Sequence record: PZ452583.1
DNA length: 64,000 nucleotides
Source: a phage
Reading direction: 5' to 3' (one strand)
Positions within the stretch are counted from its first letter, which is position 1; each line of letters starts with the position of its first letter. Positions 18,403 through 27,330 of the stretch are shown here, one piece after another. The position numbers and the translations under genes are program-made. The notes under the pieces are model-generated. The model worked only from the letters and a program-made list of their open reading frames with translations. It made no database searches and was not told the DNA's origin.

Positions 18403-19371
18403 TTATTTCAGAAGAGTAACCTCAGCGATTTCTTCCCAACCGTTTTTGTCGGTCATAATAAAGTCAGCAAGATAAAGCGCAGTACGCAGTGAAACATTGC
18501 GTAAACGATTAACATTGACTTTCATCCATGATAATGCTTTATAAGTTTCTTCATCAGAAAGACCGCGCTTTTGCATCATGTCAGTTGAAAGAATAACATC
18601 TTCAACCCTGACCATAATTTCTTCATTAGTGTGAACACCCAAATCCAAATAAACTGAGCGGGACACTAATGCTTGTAAATGTGGAGCAAGTTTAGTACCA
18701 CGGTCTAATTCGCGGTCAATGTCAACGTTTGTGATAAAAACAATCGTTCCTTTAAATTCAAACTCACGCTCAATGCCTTTTTCTTCTAAGTAAGAAGATG
18801 CGGTGCTCCAGCAGACTTTACGGGTCTCTCCGGTGTCCAGAGCAGCTTTCAGAAGATTAAGAATGTCCATATCAGAGAAAACATCCACATCATCAATCAA
18901 AAGGACAGAATTCTCTTCACGATTATTCCAAAGCTGTTCATAAAGACCGATACCAGAGATTTTACCATTAATGCTTTTATATTCAATGTATCCAATATCA
19001 TTTGCTTTATTTAAAGCTTTATCTAAAGAATATGTTTTACCTATACCTGCCGCGCCAGAGATAATTAATGAACGAATATTTCCATTAATAATACCATTCG
19101 TCATCATTCCCATAACATTAAATCTTTTATTAATGCGGGTTTTCATATCTTCATATGATTCTTTAACTTCTTCAACTTTTACACCATCATATGAAATGTC
19201 TGATTTGTAAACCCAAACACCGCGACGTTTACCATCAATTTCAACAAAAACTTTACCATCTCCTTGTGCATCTACCGGAGCATTATCTGGGAACCATTCA
19301 CCTAAGAGCTCAAAAGTTCCAGAGATTTCTTTACCGAAGTAGATACCCTTATTGATAGTTACAGTTTTCAT
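18403..19371 (-). CDS. AAA+/P-loop ATPase, 322 aa
   Basis: Walker A GAAGIGKT and Walker B LLIDDVD in translation; ORF-track 5' extension is promoter read-through; ATG 19371. Confidence 0.75.
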   Translation of the reverse strand: MKTVTINKGIYFGKEISGTFELLGEWFPDNAPVDAQGDGKVFVEIDGKRRGVWVYKSDISYDGVKVEEVKESYEDMKTRINKRFNVMGMMTNGIINGNIRSLIISGAAGIGKTYSLDKALNKANDIGYIEYKSINGKISGIGLYEQLWNNREENSVLLIDDVDVFSDMDILNLLKAALDTGETRKVCWSTASSYLEEKGIEREFEFKGTIVFITNVDIDRELDRGTKLAPHLQALVSRSVYLDLGVHTNEEIMVRVEDVILSTDMMQKRGLSDEETYKALSWMKVNVNRLRNVSLRTALYLADFIMTDKNGWEEIAEVTLLK

Positions 19372-19405
19372 TTTATTCTCCAAATCCGTATCAGTTGATA
19401 GTTGT

Positions 19406-19435
19406 ATAGTACCATAAAGCTTTATGCTTGTAAAC
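19406..19435 (-). promoter_or_regulatory. T4-type early promoter (GTTTAC, 18 bp, TACTAT)
   Basis: Read on minus strand immediately after terminator 19466..19483. Confidence 0.6.
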
Positions 19436-19465
19436 AACTTTGTGAAAAATTTTTGAAATAAAAAA

Positions 19466-19483
19466 GGGAGCCCGAAGGCTCCC
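19466..19483 (-). terminator. Rho-independent terminator (GGGAGCC-UUCG-GGCUCCC then UUUUUAUUU)
   Basis: 7-bp GC stem and U-run read in sequence just after the stop of ORF 19486..20499. Confidence 0.7.
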
Positions 19484-19485
19484 TA

Positions 19486-20499
19486 TCATTTATAATAACT
19501 TCGATGGTTTTCAAGATAGACCTTCTCAAGGAAGTCATCCCAGAAACCCATGTCTACTGTTTTAGGCATACCATTCTTAGAAGCGTCAGTAGATGCTGCT
19601 TCTACTTGATCGACCACATCTTCCAAAAACTCTTGAACTGTTTTAAATGGATGTTTACCCAACTTCACGTCGAGAATAAATGGAGCATCTTGGAGTGGAT
19701 AAACCAAGTCACCAGTTTTGTAAATTTCCAATAGTTGAAGTCCACCACGACAAGCATGACTCAGAGCTTTCCAGTCAATACCTTCATTGGCTTCGGCCTT
19801 ACGAGCACGTTCACCATATTCAGCATCTAATTTGTTCAGTGACTGCTTAAGCTCAATAAGAGAAAGCGTTGTCTGATATTTACGACCCAACACAGTGTAG
19901 AACGTTTGTGGGCCTGTTTTCTCATGATTATGGAACACCCATTCACAGAATTCGTTTTCTGGAAGACGATGCTTAATATCTTCAACTTTAGTGCGACGCT
20001 GCTTAATGGAACCGTCTTCTTGGTAATCAACCCATTGCTCAGGGATTTGATTAACTACTTTCAATACATCACGTAATGCAGCCAAACGAGAACCCTTGAC
20101 ACCGTATTTAGAAGCTTGCTTGCGGACATATCCTAAATATGATTTCATGTTAGTCGTATAAAAACGAGAACGGTTGTCTTGAATAAACTTCCACACATCA
20201 GGCAAATCTGATTTAACTACTAGTTCAGGTGGAGTGTGAAGCATATCTAATGCTACGGTTTCACCATCTGCTGCTAATTTAAAGAAATATTTAAGACTGT
20301 ATAGTTCATGGTCAATATCATCTTTAGTGTTTTTAGATGATGTGTTGTTAGTGTTTTTACTCATGTGCTCTTTGACATTTCCGATAAGAATATCGCGAGC
20401 AGGAGGAACAAAGATTTCTTTAAAATCTACATCAGATTCTGGGGTAGAAGTTCCATAAAGATGACTACCAAAATAGCTTTTCATTACTGTTTTCATCAT
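19486..20499 (-). CDS. Nucleotidyltransferase-fold protein (pol-beta superfamily motif), 337 aa
   Basis: N-terminal GS-x10-DVD (FGSHLYGTSTPESDVDF) with a further Asp in VALDML; long helical C-terminal domain; ATG verified. Confidence 0.7.
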   Translation of the reverse strand: MMKTVMKSYFGSHLYGTSTPESDVDFKEIFVPPARDILIGNVKEHMSKNTNNTSSKNTKDDIDHELYSLKYFFKLAADGETVALDMLHTPPELVVKSDLPDVWKFIQDNRSRFYTTNMKSYLGYVRKQASKYGVKGSRLAALRDVLKVVNQIPEQWVDYQEDGSIKQRRTKVEDIKHRLPENEFCEWVFHNHEKTGPQTFYTVLGRKYQTTLSLIELKQSLNKLDAEYGERARKAEANEGIDWKALSHACRGGLQLLEIYKTGDLVYPLQDAPFILDVKLGKHPFKTVQEFLEDVVDQVEAASTDASKNGMPKTVDMGFWDDFLEKVYLENHRSYYK

Positions 20500-20957
20500 T
20501 CAGCCTTATATTCAATAACAGGACATACTTTAGCTTTACGAGCTTTTAAAAATTCAACGATAACCGATTTCTTGGGTTGAATAGGAGGTAAACCTTTATA
20601 CGCCCTATCAATATTTTCTACGTGTAAAGCATAATCCTTTTTCCATTTATAATCTTTATATTTTTCACGCAAATGTGCAGGAATAACAAATGAACCGATA
20701 ATAAGTAAAACAACCAAAAGCGCAAGTATAAATGCTGATGGAAGCAAAGTCCATAAACTACCAAAAATAAGCCAACGTTGTAGGCTTTCTGCACAAATAA
20801 TTGTTAGCCCTACGAGTATAGCACATCCAAAAATAGAAACGAAAAATGTAGGAATGGCAATAGACCAAAAATATGCGCATAGTGTCTTAGGTCGTTGCCA
20901 TTCATCGTTAAACAATTTGAATAATTTATAGTGCCAAGAGTTTTCATTAATAATCAT
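20496..20957 (-). CDS. Membrane protein, 153 aa
   Basis: ATG verified; two or three hydrophobic helices. Confidence 0.55.
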   Translation of the reverse strand: MIINENSWHYKLFKLFNDEWQRPKTLCAYFWSIAIPTFFVSIFGCAILVGLTIICAESLQRWLIFGSLWTLLPSAFILALLVVLLIIGSFVIPAHLREKYKDYKWKKDYALHVENIDRAYKGLPPIQPKKSVIVEFLKARKAKVCPVIEYKAE

Positions 20958-20959
20958 AA

Positions 20960-21481
20960 TTATCCTCTCATTGAAGGCGTAACAGTTGTTAAATACTTAA
21001 TCATAGCTTCAGCTTCTGATTTTGATAATGAAATTTCTCCATTGTTTTGACGAATAGAAATAAAATCCGGATGACGGTCACCACCAGCTTTTAAAACACA
21101 CATATAAGTATCAACTTCATCTTCAATATTTGAAATGATTGAAGCAGTTCCACATGAATGCGGTTTTTGATAAATCAATGCAGCTTTTCTTCCGCCATTT
21201 GACTGTTCATAAACTTTTAATACATCAAACAAATCACTTCTTTTATCAATAGCTAAAATGTTATTTTCATCTTCAATGTTAAATCCTTCGGATACTTCAT
21301 AAAGTGTCACCCATAAATCGCCAATATCAATAACAGCGTTCACTTTTCCATGACTTTCAAGAGCATGACAAATTTTCTTGATTTCGTCATAACTCATTTT
21401 AATAATATCATCTCCTTGAATAAGAAAGATGTCATTTTTAAATTCAACACGAATTAAACCACTTCCACTTGAAATAAACAT
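20960..21481 (-). CDS. Hypothetical protein, 173 aa (paralogue of next ORF)
   Basis: ATG verified; C-terminal KSEAEAMIKYLTTVTPSM resembles the neighbour's KDEAIALKTYLDSVIPTM. Confidence 0.55.
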   Translation of the reverse strand: MFISSGSGLIRVEFKNDIFLIQGDDIIKMSYDEIKKICHALESHGKVNAVIDIGDLWVTLYEVSEGFNIEDENNILAIDKRSDLFDVLKVYEQSNGGRKAALIYQKPHSCGTASIISNIEDEVDTYMCVLKAGGDRHPDFISIRQNNGEISLSKSEAEAMIKYLTTVTPSMRG

Positions 21482-21487
21482 ATTTCC

Positions 21488-22030
21488 TCACTTTGAAATC
21501 ATAGTTGGAATGACAGAATCAAGATAAGTCTTTAGCGCAATAGCTTCGTCTTTGGTAAATGTGACAATATGTGCTCGAGAATCATCATTTTGGCGAACAA
21601 GTACGACATCGCCATCTTCATAAGAAGTCTTGACATCCAAAGTCGTAGTATAATTTGCAGCTACTGGATTAATAATGTTAGCACCGCGATCTTTAGCCCA
21701 TTGAAGTTTAGCCTTTTCAGGTGTTTCGACTGTTTCAGATTCCAAGAATTCTTTCACCTTGGCAACGAATGTTGCCCAATTGTTAATAGAAAGACACATA
21801 AATTCAGTTTCAATATTACCGCCGTAAAGGCCACGATAAAAACGAACTTGGAGGTCGTCTGTAATATTAGTTACACCGGTAACTCCTGAGGGAGCATAAG
21901 ATAAAATCGCAGCCAGTTCCATAGGAAGAATAGTAATACTATCGTCTTCCTGCGTCAGAACGTATACATTACCGCGTTTTTCGATAACTAGGTCACCGAA
22001 CAAATCAGTTGTTTCAATTACAGCTTTCAT
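21488..22030 (-). CDS. Hypothetical protein, 180 aa (paralogue of previous ORF)
   Basis: ORF-track start is TTG at 22042; first ATG 22030. Confidence 0.55.
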   Translation of the reverse strand: MKAVIETTDLFGDLVIEKRGNVYVLTQEDDSITILPMELAAILSYAPSGVTGVTNITDDLQVRFYRGLYGGNIETEFMCLSINNWATFVAKVKEFLESETVETPEKAKLQWAKDRGANIINPVAANYTTTLDVKTSYEDGDVVLVRQNDDSRAHIVTFTKDEAIALKTYLDSVIPTMISK

Positions 22031-22031
22031 A

Positions 22032-22217
22032 TTATTTACCAATTAAAGTTTCAATATAAGAATCGAGATTTACTTTAGCTTCTTCCATAAGAGTTTTGTA
22101 TTTAATCTTGTTGGCATGTCCGGAAAAAGCTGATTCATCAATAATTGTTGATGTATGAACAGCTTTACTATACGTCTCAATTAATTCTCTTAATTTAAAA
22201 GCCTGCTCACTTGTCAT
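22032..22217 (-). CDS. Hypothetical protein, 61 aa
   Basis: ATG verified. Confidence 0.45.
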   Translation of the reverse strand: MTSEQAFKLRELIETYSKAVHTSTIIDESAFSGHANKIKYKTLMEEAKVNLDSYIETLIGK

Positions 22218-22321
22218 TACATACTCCTCTGAATCATATCAATAATGTTATTCACCAAATTATAAGTAAACATTGGGTAATTATATTGAATCATTACATA
22301 CACAACAAACAAAACTTTCAT
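22217..22321 (-). CDS. Possible 34-aa hydrophobic ORF downstream of an early promoter
   Basis: Hand-translated MKVLFVVYVMIQYNYPMFTYNLVNNIIDMIQRSM; SD AAGGAG; stop overlaps next ATG. Confidence 0.3.
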   Translation of the reverse strand: MKVLFVVYVMIQYNYPMFTYNLVNNIIDMIQRSM

Positions 22322-22349
22322 TCTCTTCTCCTTGACAGTTGACAAGATT

Positions 22350-22379
22350 ACTATACCATAACCTTGCCAACTTGTAAAC
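22350..22379 (-). promoter_or_regulatory. T4-type early promoter (GTTTAC, 18 bp, TATAGT)
   Basis: Read on minus strand. Confidence 0.55.
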
Positions 22380-22381
22380 CG

Positions 22382-22537
22382 TTAAATGTTGTTTTCAATA
22401 AAATTTTGAAGCTTTGTGTGAGCATCAACCATGATTTTCATTTCTTCCTTTGCGAAAGCTGTACCTCTTTCCCGAGAAGAACACTCATAGTCAGAAACTG
22501 CATTAGCATATTCTTCAATTAGTTTCATTAAAAACAT
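22382..22537 (-). CDS. Possible 51-aa ORF
   Basis: Hand-translated MFLMKLIEEYANAVSDYECSSRERGTAFAKEEMKIMVDAHTKLQNFIENNI; below ORF-track cutoff. Confidence 0.35.
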   Translation of the reverse strand: MFLMKLIEEYANAVSDYECSSRERGTAFAKEEMKIMVDAHTKLQNFIENNI

Positions 22538-22544
22538 CTGCTTT

Positions 22545-22739
22545 TCAGTTTTCATTATTCCACCTAATCATTTCAAGATATTGAACTAACTTAGCTTTAG
22601 ATTTGTCCAAATCCTTTTTAGCTGCTTCTATACCGTCGTATGAATATCCTTCACAATGCTCAACTGCTAATTGGTATGAATCTATTTCAATATCATGCGC
22701 TAATTTAATGATTTTTTCAAACTGTTCGCGTGTTAGCAT
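22545..22739 (-). CDS. Hypothetical protein, 64 aa
   Basis: ATG verified. Confidence 0.45.
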   Translation of the reverse strand: MLTREQFEKIIKLAHDIEIDSYQLAVEHCEGYSYDGIEAAKKDLDKSKAKLVQYLEMIRWNNEN

Positions 22740-22741
22740 AA

Positions 22742-22945
22742 TTAAACTCTCGTATTATGATCGATAATTTCATCAAGAAACATATCTAACGCTTCTAAAG
22801 CATTATCAACTTTAGCTTCAAGTTCATCAATGCCTTTATTTGCAATGCCTGACGAAAACCAAGCAAAGTCACTAAGTTCCTCGTCTGCTTTACGAATTAA
22901 AGCTACCAATTCCTTAATTTTATCCGCTTGTTCGATACTAATCAT
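22742..22945 (-). CDS. Hypothetical protein, 67 aa
   Basis: ORF-track start is GTG at 22981; ATG 22945 overlaps upstream stop (TAATG). Confidence 0.45.
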   Translation of the reverse strand: MISIEQADKIKELVALIRKADEELSDFAWFSSGIANKGIDELEAKVDNALEALDMFLDEIIDHNTRV

Positions 22946-23133
22946 TATTCCACCACATATGAAAGAGAGAATATTGCACACGCCATGTGAGTTGCAACTT
23001 CATCACACATATTATAACGTTTCTTAAGAAGTTCTACAAGTTCTTCACTAGTAACTTCATCCATGTCGACGAAAAAATCACCATTAATGATGACGTAGAT
23101 ATTTCCTTCTTGATTAAGTGCTTCAATTTTCAT
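22945..23133 (-). CDS. Hypothetical protein, 62 aa
   Basis: ORF-track 5' end is promoter read-through; ATG 23133 with SD GAGGAG. Confidence 0.5.
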
Positions 23134-23161
23134 GATGTTCTCCTCTTTATCCGATGGTTGT

Positions 23162-23191
23162 ATAGTATCACAGCTCAAATGGAAAGTAAAC
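23162..23191 (-). promoter_or_regulatory. T4-type early promoter (GTTTAC, 18 bp, TACTAT)
   Basis: Read on minus strand directly after terminator 23202..23223. Confidence 0.6.
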
Positions 23192-23201
23192 CGGTAAAAT
23201 G

Positions 23202-23223
23202 AAAAAAGTCTCCCGAAGGAGAC
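23202..23223 (-). terminator. Rho-independent terminator (GUCUCC-UUCG-GGAGAC then UUUUUU)
   Basis: 6-bp GC stem and U6 run read after the stop of ORF 23229..23615. Confidence 0.7.
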
Positions 23224-23228
23224 TAACG

Positions 23229-23615
23229 TTATTCGAGGGAAAGAAGATATTTACTCTGGTAAAACATTCCAGTAATATCATCTATCGTGCTTTGAATGGC
23301 TGGAGGCATTTCTTTGTAAATGCTGTTAGATTGGTCTAGTATGCGATCAATCATTTTAATTGTGTCGGTAGGAAGTTTACTGGCATCTGGAATTGAAGGT
23401 GTGTATTTTCTACCAGAATACCCCAAATATTGCTCACCAAATTTATCAATCAAATCTGGCAACTCGGAGAAAATAAAATCGTATGCTTTGTGTCTAGCAT
23501 AACTTTTAGTTTCAAAATGTGCAGAATGAAAATAAGTTTGTGCAGCCATTAATAAACCTAAGTATTCATCTGCCTTTGAAGGTTTTCCACTTTGTGAAAA
23601 GTCGCTGAATTTCAT
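23229..23615 (-). CDS. Hypothetical protein, 128 aa (rI.1 position)
   Basis: ATG verified; ATGA coupling with rI. Confidence 0.6.
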
Positions 23616-23905
23616 TCAGTCTCCAATTTAATGTTCATAATTCTAGCGTATGATTGTGCCATCTCCGCGCATCGCTCTATACATTCAAAATCAGAAGAGC
23701 ACGGGTCATTTTTATAGGTCGTTCTCATAAAACTATAGAATTGTTCAGACGATTCTACGCTTTTATTTTCAAAAAGCATATAAACGTGCCTAATACCAGA
23801 TTCCATAAATTTATCAAAATGAGGATCGACATTCGCTTCAATCGATGGAGATAAAACAAATGACAATCCTAGCATGGCAAATAGTGCCGTTGCTTTTAAG
23901 GCCAT
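23612..23905 (-). CDS. rI: Lysis-inhibition regulator RI (periplasmic antiholin-binding protein)
   Basis: 97 aa, MALKATALFAMLGLSFVLSPSIEANVDPHFDKFMESGIRHVYMLF...; matches T4 RI as recalled; signal-anchor N-terminus. Confidence 0.9.
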   Translation of the reverse strand: MALKATALFAMLGLSFVLSPSIEANVDPHFDKFMESGIRHVYMLFENKSVESSEQFYSFMRTTYKNDPCSSDFECIERCAEMAQSYARIMNIKLETE

Positions 23906-23917
23906 AAAGGCCTCCTA

Positions 23918-24130
23918 TCATTTTTGTCCTGTATTTACTTTATGCCGGTGCACGGCCTTAACTTTATCAAGGTATTTTTCAAAATTTCGCAATCTAGTAT
24001 AGTCTGCCGGAGATTGGTTGAGCGATACTTCTCGACGCAAAGCTGAAATGATATTTCCAACTTCCCTACGAATTTCATCTAATTGAAGCACAGTAAGATT
24101 GCGAAGTTGCTTTTCAGTTAATTGTAGCAT
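23918..24130 (-). CDS. Hypothetical protein, 70 aa
   Basis: ATG verified. Confidence 0.5.
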
Positions 24131-24172
24131 ATATACCCCTTTAGTTAGATAAACCTATTTATAACTTTTGCA

Positions 24173-24754
24173 CTAACCAAGCTTTTTAGTTAATTCATTC
24201 CAATGTTTTCTGCACAAAGAAACATAAATTTCATCACCAATACAGATTTGATTACCTTCTTTAACTGGTGTTCCATCTTCCATTAATCGAGCTGTCATAA
24301 TCGCTTTTTTGCCGCAATGACAAACTGCCTTTAGTTCAATAAGTTTATCTGCAATCGCTAAAAGTTCTTTAGAACCTTCAAACAATTTTCCAGCGAAATC
24401 AGTCCTTAATCCATAAGCCATAACAGGAACATTATATGTATCAACAATTCGGCTTAATTGGTGCACCTGTTCAGTTTTTAAAAACTGAGCTTCATCTACA
24501 AATACGCAATGAATATCTTTTTGTGCTTCAGCCCATTTATAGAACTCGAAAATATCCATATCATCTGTAATAATATTCGCTTCCTGTTTAATTCCAATGC
24601 GAGAAACAACTTCACAGACAGAATCGCGAGTATCAATAGCAGGCTTAAGAACTAATACACTCATTCCACGTTCTTTATAATTATGTGCAGCAGTCAAAAG
24701 AGAAGCAGATTTTCCAGCATTCATTGCTGCATAAGTAAAAATTAAACTCGCCAT
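24173..24754 (-). CDS. tk: Thymidine kinase
   Basis: 193 aa; P-loop AAMNAGKS; Zn-ribbon CHCGKK...C; matches T4 Tk as recalled. Confidence 0.95.
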   Translation of the reverse strand: MASLIFTYAAMNAGKSASLLTAAHNYKERGMSVLVLKPAIDTRDSVCEVVSRIGIKQEANIITDDMDIFEFYKWAEAQKDIHCVFVDEAQFLKTEQVHQLSRIVDTYNVPVMAYGLRTDFAGKLFEGSKELLAIADKLIELKAVCHCGKKAIMTARLMEDGTPVKEGNQICIGDEIYVSLCRKHWNELTKKLG

Positions 24755-24763
24755 ATCACCTTC

Positions 24764-24949
24764 TTAAAGCGTATTCACATAAGCTATTAATTCATTTTCT
24801 TTCTTATCAAACCGATCAGCAAATTCTTCCTGCTGTTCGGGAGATAGCGGGCCGTATTCATCATAAAAGGTGTTTGCTTCTGCATGCTCATCTAGAAGTT
24901 CATGGATAAGCTCAAACAATTTATCTTTTTGTTCTTTGCTTAGGCTCAC
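24764..24949 (-). CDS. Hypothetical acidic protein, 61 aa (GTG start)
   Basis: Only available start is GTG at 24949. Confidence 0.45.
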   Translation of the reverse strand: MSLSKEQKDKLFELIHELLDEHAEANTFYDEYGPLSPEQQEEFADRFDKKENELIAYVNTL

Positions 24950-25118
24950 AGTATGTCAATCCCCAAAAGTTTTAAAATGACTCGTTTCTGATTCATAACC
25001 GCTACGATTGAATGACCGTTGGGGTCTTTTTGACCCGATCCAATTATAAATCCTTTTTGTGCAGAAAGTTCAATCAAAACATCAAGTTCACGTAATAATT
25101 GATATTTTAAATCATCAT

Positions 25119-25331
25119 TCATTTTGGTTTACCTTCTTTAACGAAATCAGGATAAGGATAAAATCCCGAATAAAATCCTTCACCTTTATGATTGATGCAT
25201 CCTTTATTAGAACAATAGCACCAATAATCGAAATCACAAGCCATTTCATCATTACATAAAGCAAAAACAACAGGCCACTTACACTTTTCACAGTGGGCAT
25301 TTTTAAGAATACTAGTTTGGCTCATAACCAT
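25119..25331 (-). CDS. Cys-rich small protein, 70 aa
   Basis: ORF-track start is TTG; first ATG 25331; Cys pairs CEKC...C..CNDEMAC...CYC..KGC. Confidence 0.45.
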   Translation of the reverse strand: MVMSQTSILKNAHCEKCKWPVVFALCNDEMACDFDYWCYCSNKGCINHKGEGFYSGFYPYPDFVKEGKPK

Positions 25332-25534
25332 GTAACCTTTAAGCAATATTCTTCTACATGTTGTTTACGACCTTTCTTATCAATAAAGGTATATTCAACG
25401 AATGTTCCAATGTAGTCTTTATCTACATCATGTGGACTATTAATTGGACATTTAGTACGGCAAATGCGTTCCCATTGACGAATAATTACTGCTTTGTTTT
25501 TAGGATCAAACGGATGCGGGTAATGTACTTTCAT
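25322..25534 (-). CDS. Hypothetical protein, 70 aa
   Basis: ATG verified. Confidence 0.45.
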   Translation of the reverse strand: MKVHYPHPFDPKNKAVIIRQWERICRTKCPINSPHDVDKDYIGTFVEYTFIDKKGRKQHVEEYCLKVTWL

Positions 25535-25985
25535 AATCCACCACTATTAAATCAATATCAGGAGTAAACATGTCGATTAATTTAGAAACCTTATCCCAAT
25601 CGCCGCCAGCAATACCACAACCTATGCGTGGAATGTAAATTACCGGTTTAAACAAAAGGGTTTCTGCCTGTAGATTTAATTCTATCATGCAGTTTACTAA
25701 AGCACCATAATCAAGATTAGGACCTGGTTCGTATTGCGTATACAAGTTATAACATATGCCAAAACCATTAGGTTTATGTTTAAAAACAATAGACATATCG
25801 CCTAATTTATCACGAGAACCGTACTCAGTAGTGGTTTTATCTATTTCTAAAATTTTGGGATAGGCTCTTGCTAATTGACCCGCTACACCTGAACCCATAG
25901 TATGAAAACAATTGCACCCGTGCGCAATAATATTACCTTGAAGAAATAGGGCGACAATATCGCCCTTGATATATTTTACAATCAT
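25506..25985 (-). CDS. Macro-domain-like protein (putative ADP-ribose binding/hydrolase), 159 aa
   Basis: Macro-domain-like elements in translation: N-terminal GDIVAL, glycine-rich MGSGVAGQL, C-terminal IPRIGCGIAGG; assignment by motif pattern only. Confidence 0.6.
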   Translation of the reverse strand: MIVKYIKGDIVALFLQGNIIAHGCNCFHTMGSGVAGQLARAYPKILEIDKTTTEYGSRDKLGDMSIVFKHKPNGFGICYNLYTQYEPGPNLDYGALVNCMIELNLQAETLLFKPVIYIPRIGCGIAGGDWDKVSKLIDMFTPDIDLIVVDYESTLPASV

Positions 25986-26323
25986 CTAGTACTCAATCCT
26001 CGATTATAAGAATCTACCAAACGGTCAACCATTGAATGACAAGCGGCTTTATCTTTCTCCTCCGCAACTGAACATTCTAAGGTATTCCACTTTTTAGCAT
26101 ATCGTTTTAACAGTGTATCATTTTTGTATCTGCTTGATTTATCTCTTTCTCCGTCTTTATATGCATATATTAATTTCTGCGCAAATTCAGCTTGGCATGC
26201 TTTATTTTTCCCGCAATAATCCGCTGCAGTACGGTTTACATACTCTCTAATTTCAGTATATGATGTATCTGCTAACGCAGAAAATGAAATTAATCCTATA
26301 CATAAAACCAAAATTTTAGTCAT
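25982..26323 (-). CDS. Secreted Cys-containing protein, 113 aa
   Basis: N-terminal signal peptide MTKILVLCIGLISFSALA; four Cys in mature part; T4 vs slot by order only. Confidence 0.55.
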   Translation of the reverse strand: MTKILVLCIGLISFSALADTSYTEIREYVNRTAADYCGKNKACQAEFAQKLIYAYKDGERDKSSRYKNDTLLKRYAKKWNTLECSVAEEKDKAACHSMVDRLVDSYNRGLSTR

Positions 26324-26861
26324 TTACTATTTCCAAAAGTTTATTATTTTTAAGGTAATTAGCCTTTTCTAGGACTTCAGAAGCATATTTAGAACCTGCT
26401 TTAACATTCCATCCCGAATTATAAGAGGATATTGCTTTTCTTATATCGCCCTTATGTATATTTAACCAATAAGAAAGTTCAATGTACGCCCAGGAAGCTG
26501 AATTGGACCGTTTATTCAACATTCTTTTTATTTCAGCATCGGTCATATTATAACCAAGTTCCTTAACTCTTGCTCGCATAGTAGGCAAATAATTTTGGAA
26601 CATTCCATAAGCGTGATGCTTTGGTTTAGATTTTAAATTAACTCCGCCAGAGCTTTCTTGCCATAAAATAGCAGCCATTATATGACCTAATCCGCTCTTG
26701 TGGATATTTTTGTGTGTTTTATATTTTCCATCCTTAGAAAATTGTTCCCCGAATTGATACGCGTAACGCATGTTATCGAGTTGGACATTACTGAAAGTAT
26801 GCTCGGAGCTATGTGCCATCATTGAAATGGCCAATAGACCAGCGAGTAGTGCTTTTCTCAT
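26316..26861 (-). CDS. Secreted lytic-transglycosylase-like protein (GH23/SLT fold), 181 aa
   Basis: Signal peptide MRKALLAGLLAISMMAHS; catalytic-type ILWQESSGG and YGMFQ motifs. Confidence 0.65.
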   Translation of the reverse strand: MRKALLAGLLAISMMAHSSEHTFSNVQLDNMRYAYQFGEQFSKDGKYKTHKNIHKSGLGHIMAAILWQESSGGVNLKSKPKHHAYGMFQNYLPTMRARVKELGYNMTDAEIKRMLNKRSNSASWAYIELSYWLNIHKGDIRKAISSYNSGWNVKAGSKYASEVLEKANYLKNNKLLEIVND

Positions 26862-26868
26862 GCTTACC

Positions 26869-27330
26869 TCATTGAGTTTTAATTACTGCTTTAGAAGCCT
26901 TTCCTGGTAAACGACGACTGTTGATAATTGCCATCCTGCATTGAAGTGACGGGTTTTTGAACTTCTCATTAGGCTTACAAACCGTAAATCCAAGCCAAAG
27001 ATTTCCATCTGTGATTTCTAAACGTCCAGGACGATATTCAACCCCATCAATAAAATCCTCGTCAATGTCAGGACGCGGAGGCATACTCAGGAATTCATTA
27101 ACTTCTAAAACATGGTCTTTTATTTTATGGAATAATTCAAAAACATATGTCTCATCAATCTCCCGTTGAATTGCACGATCAAGAAGATGCTGAGAATATT
27201 TTAGATGAAACGATGAGACCCCTGCTGCTTTTGATGCCTCACGAATCTCATTGTTAATTTGACGAAACTCCGACTCAAAGTGACGACGAAGCTTATTTCG
27301 ACGGATAAAAACTTCTGTATTGATAGTCAT
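26869..27330 (-). CDS. regB: RegB site-specific endoribonuclease
   Basis: 153 aa, MTINTEVFIRRNKLRRHFESEFRQINNEIREASKAAG...; matches T4 RegB as recalled. Confidence 0.92.
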   Translation of the reverse strand: MTINTEVFIRRNKLRRHFESEFRQINNEIREASKAAGVSSFHLKYSQHLLDRAIQREIDETYVFELFHKIKDHVLEVNEFLSMPPRPDIDEDFIDGVEYRPGRLEITDGNLWLGFTVCKPNEKFKNPSLQCRMAIINSRRLPGKASKAVIKTQ

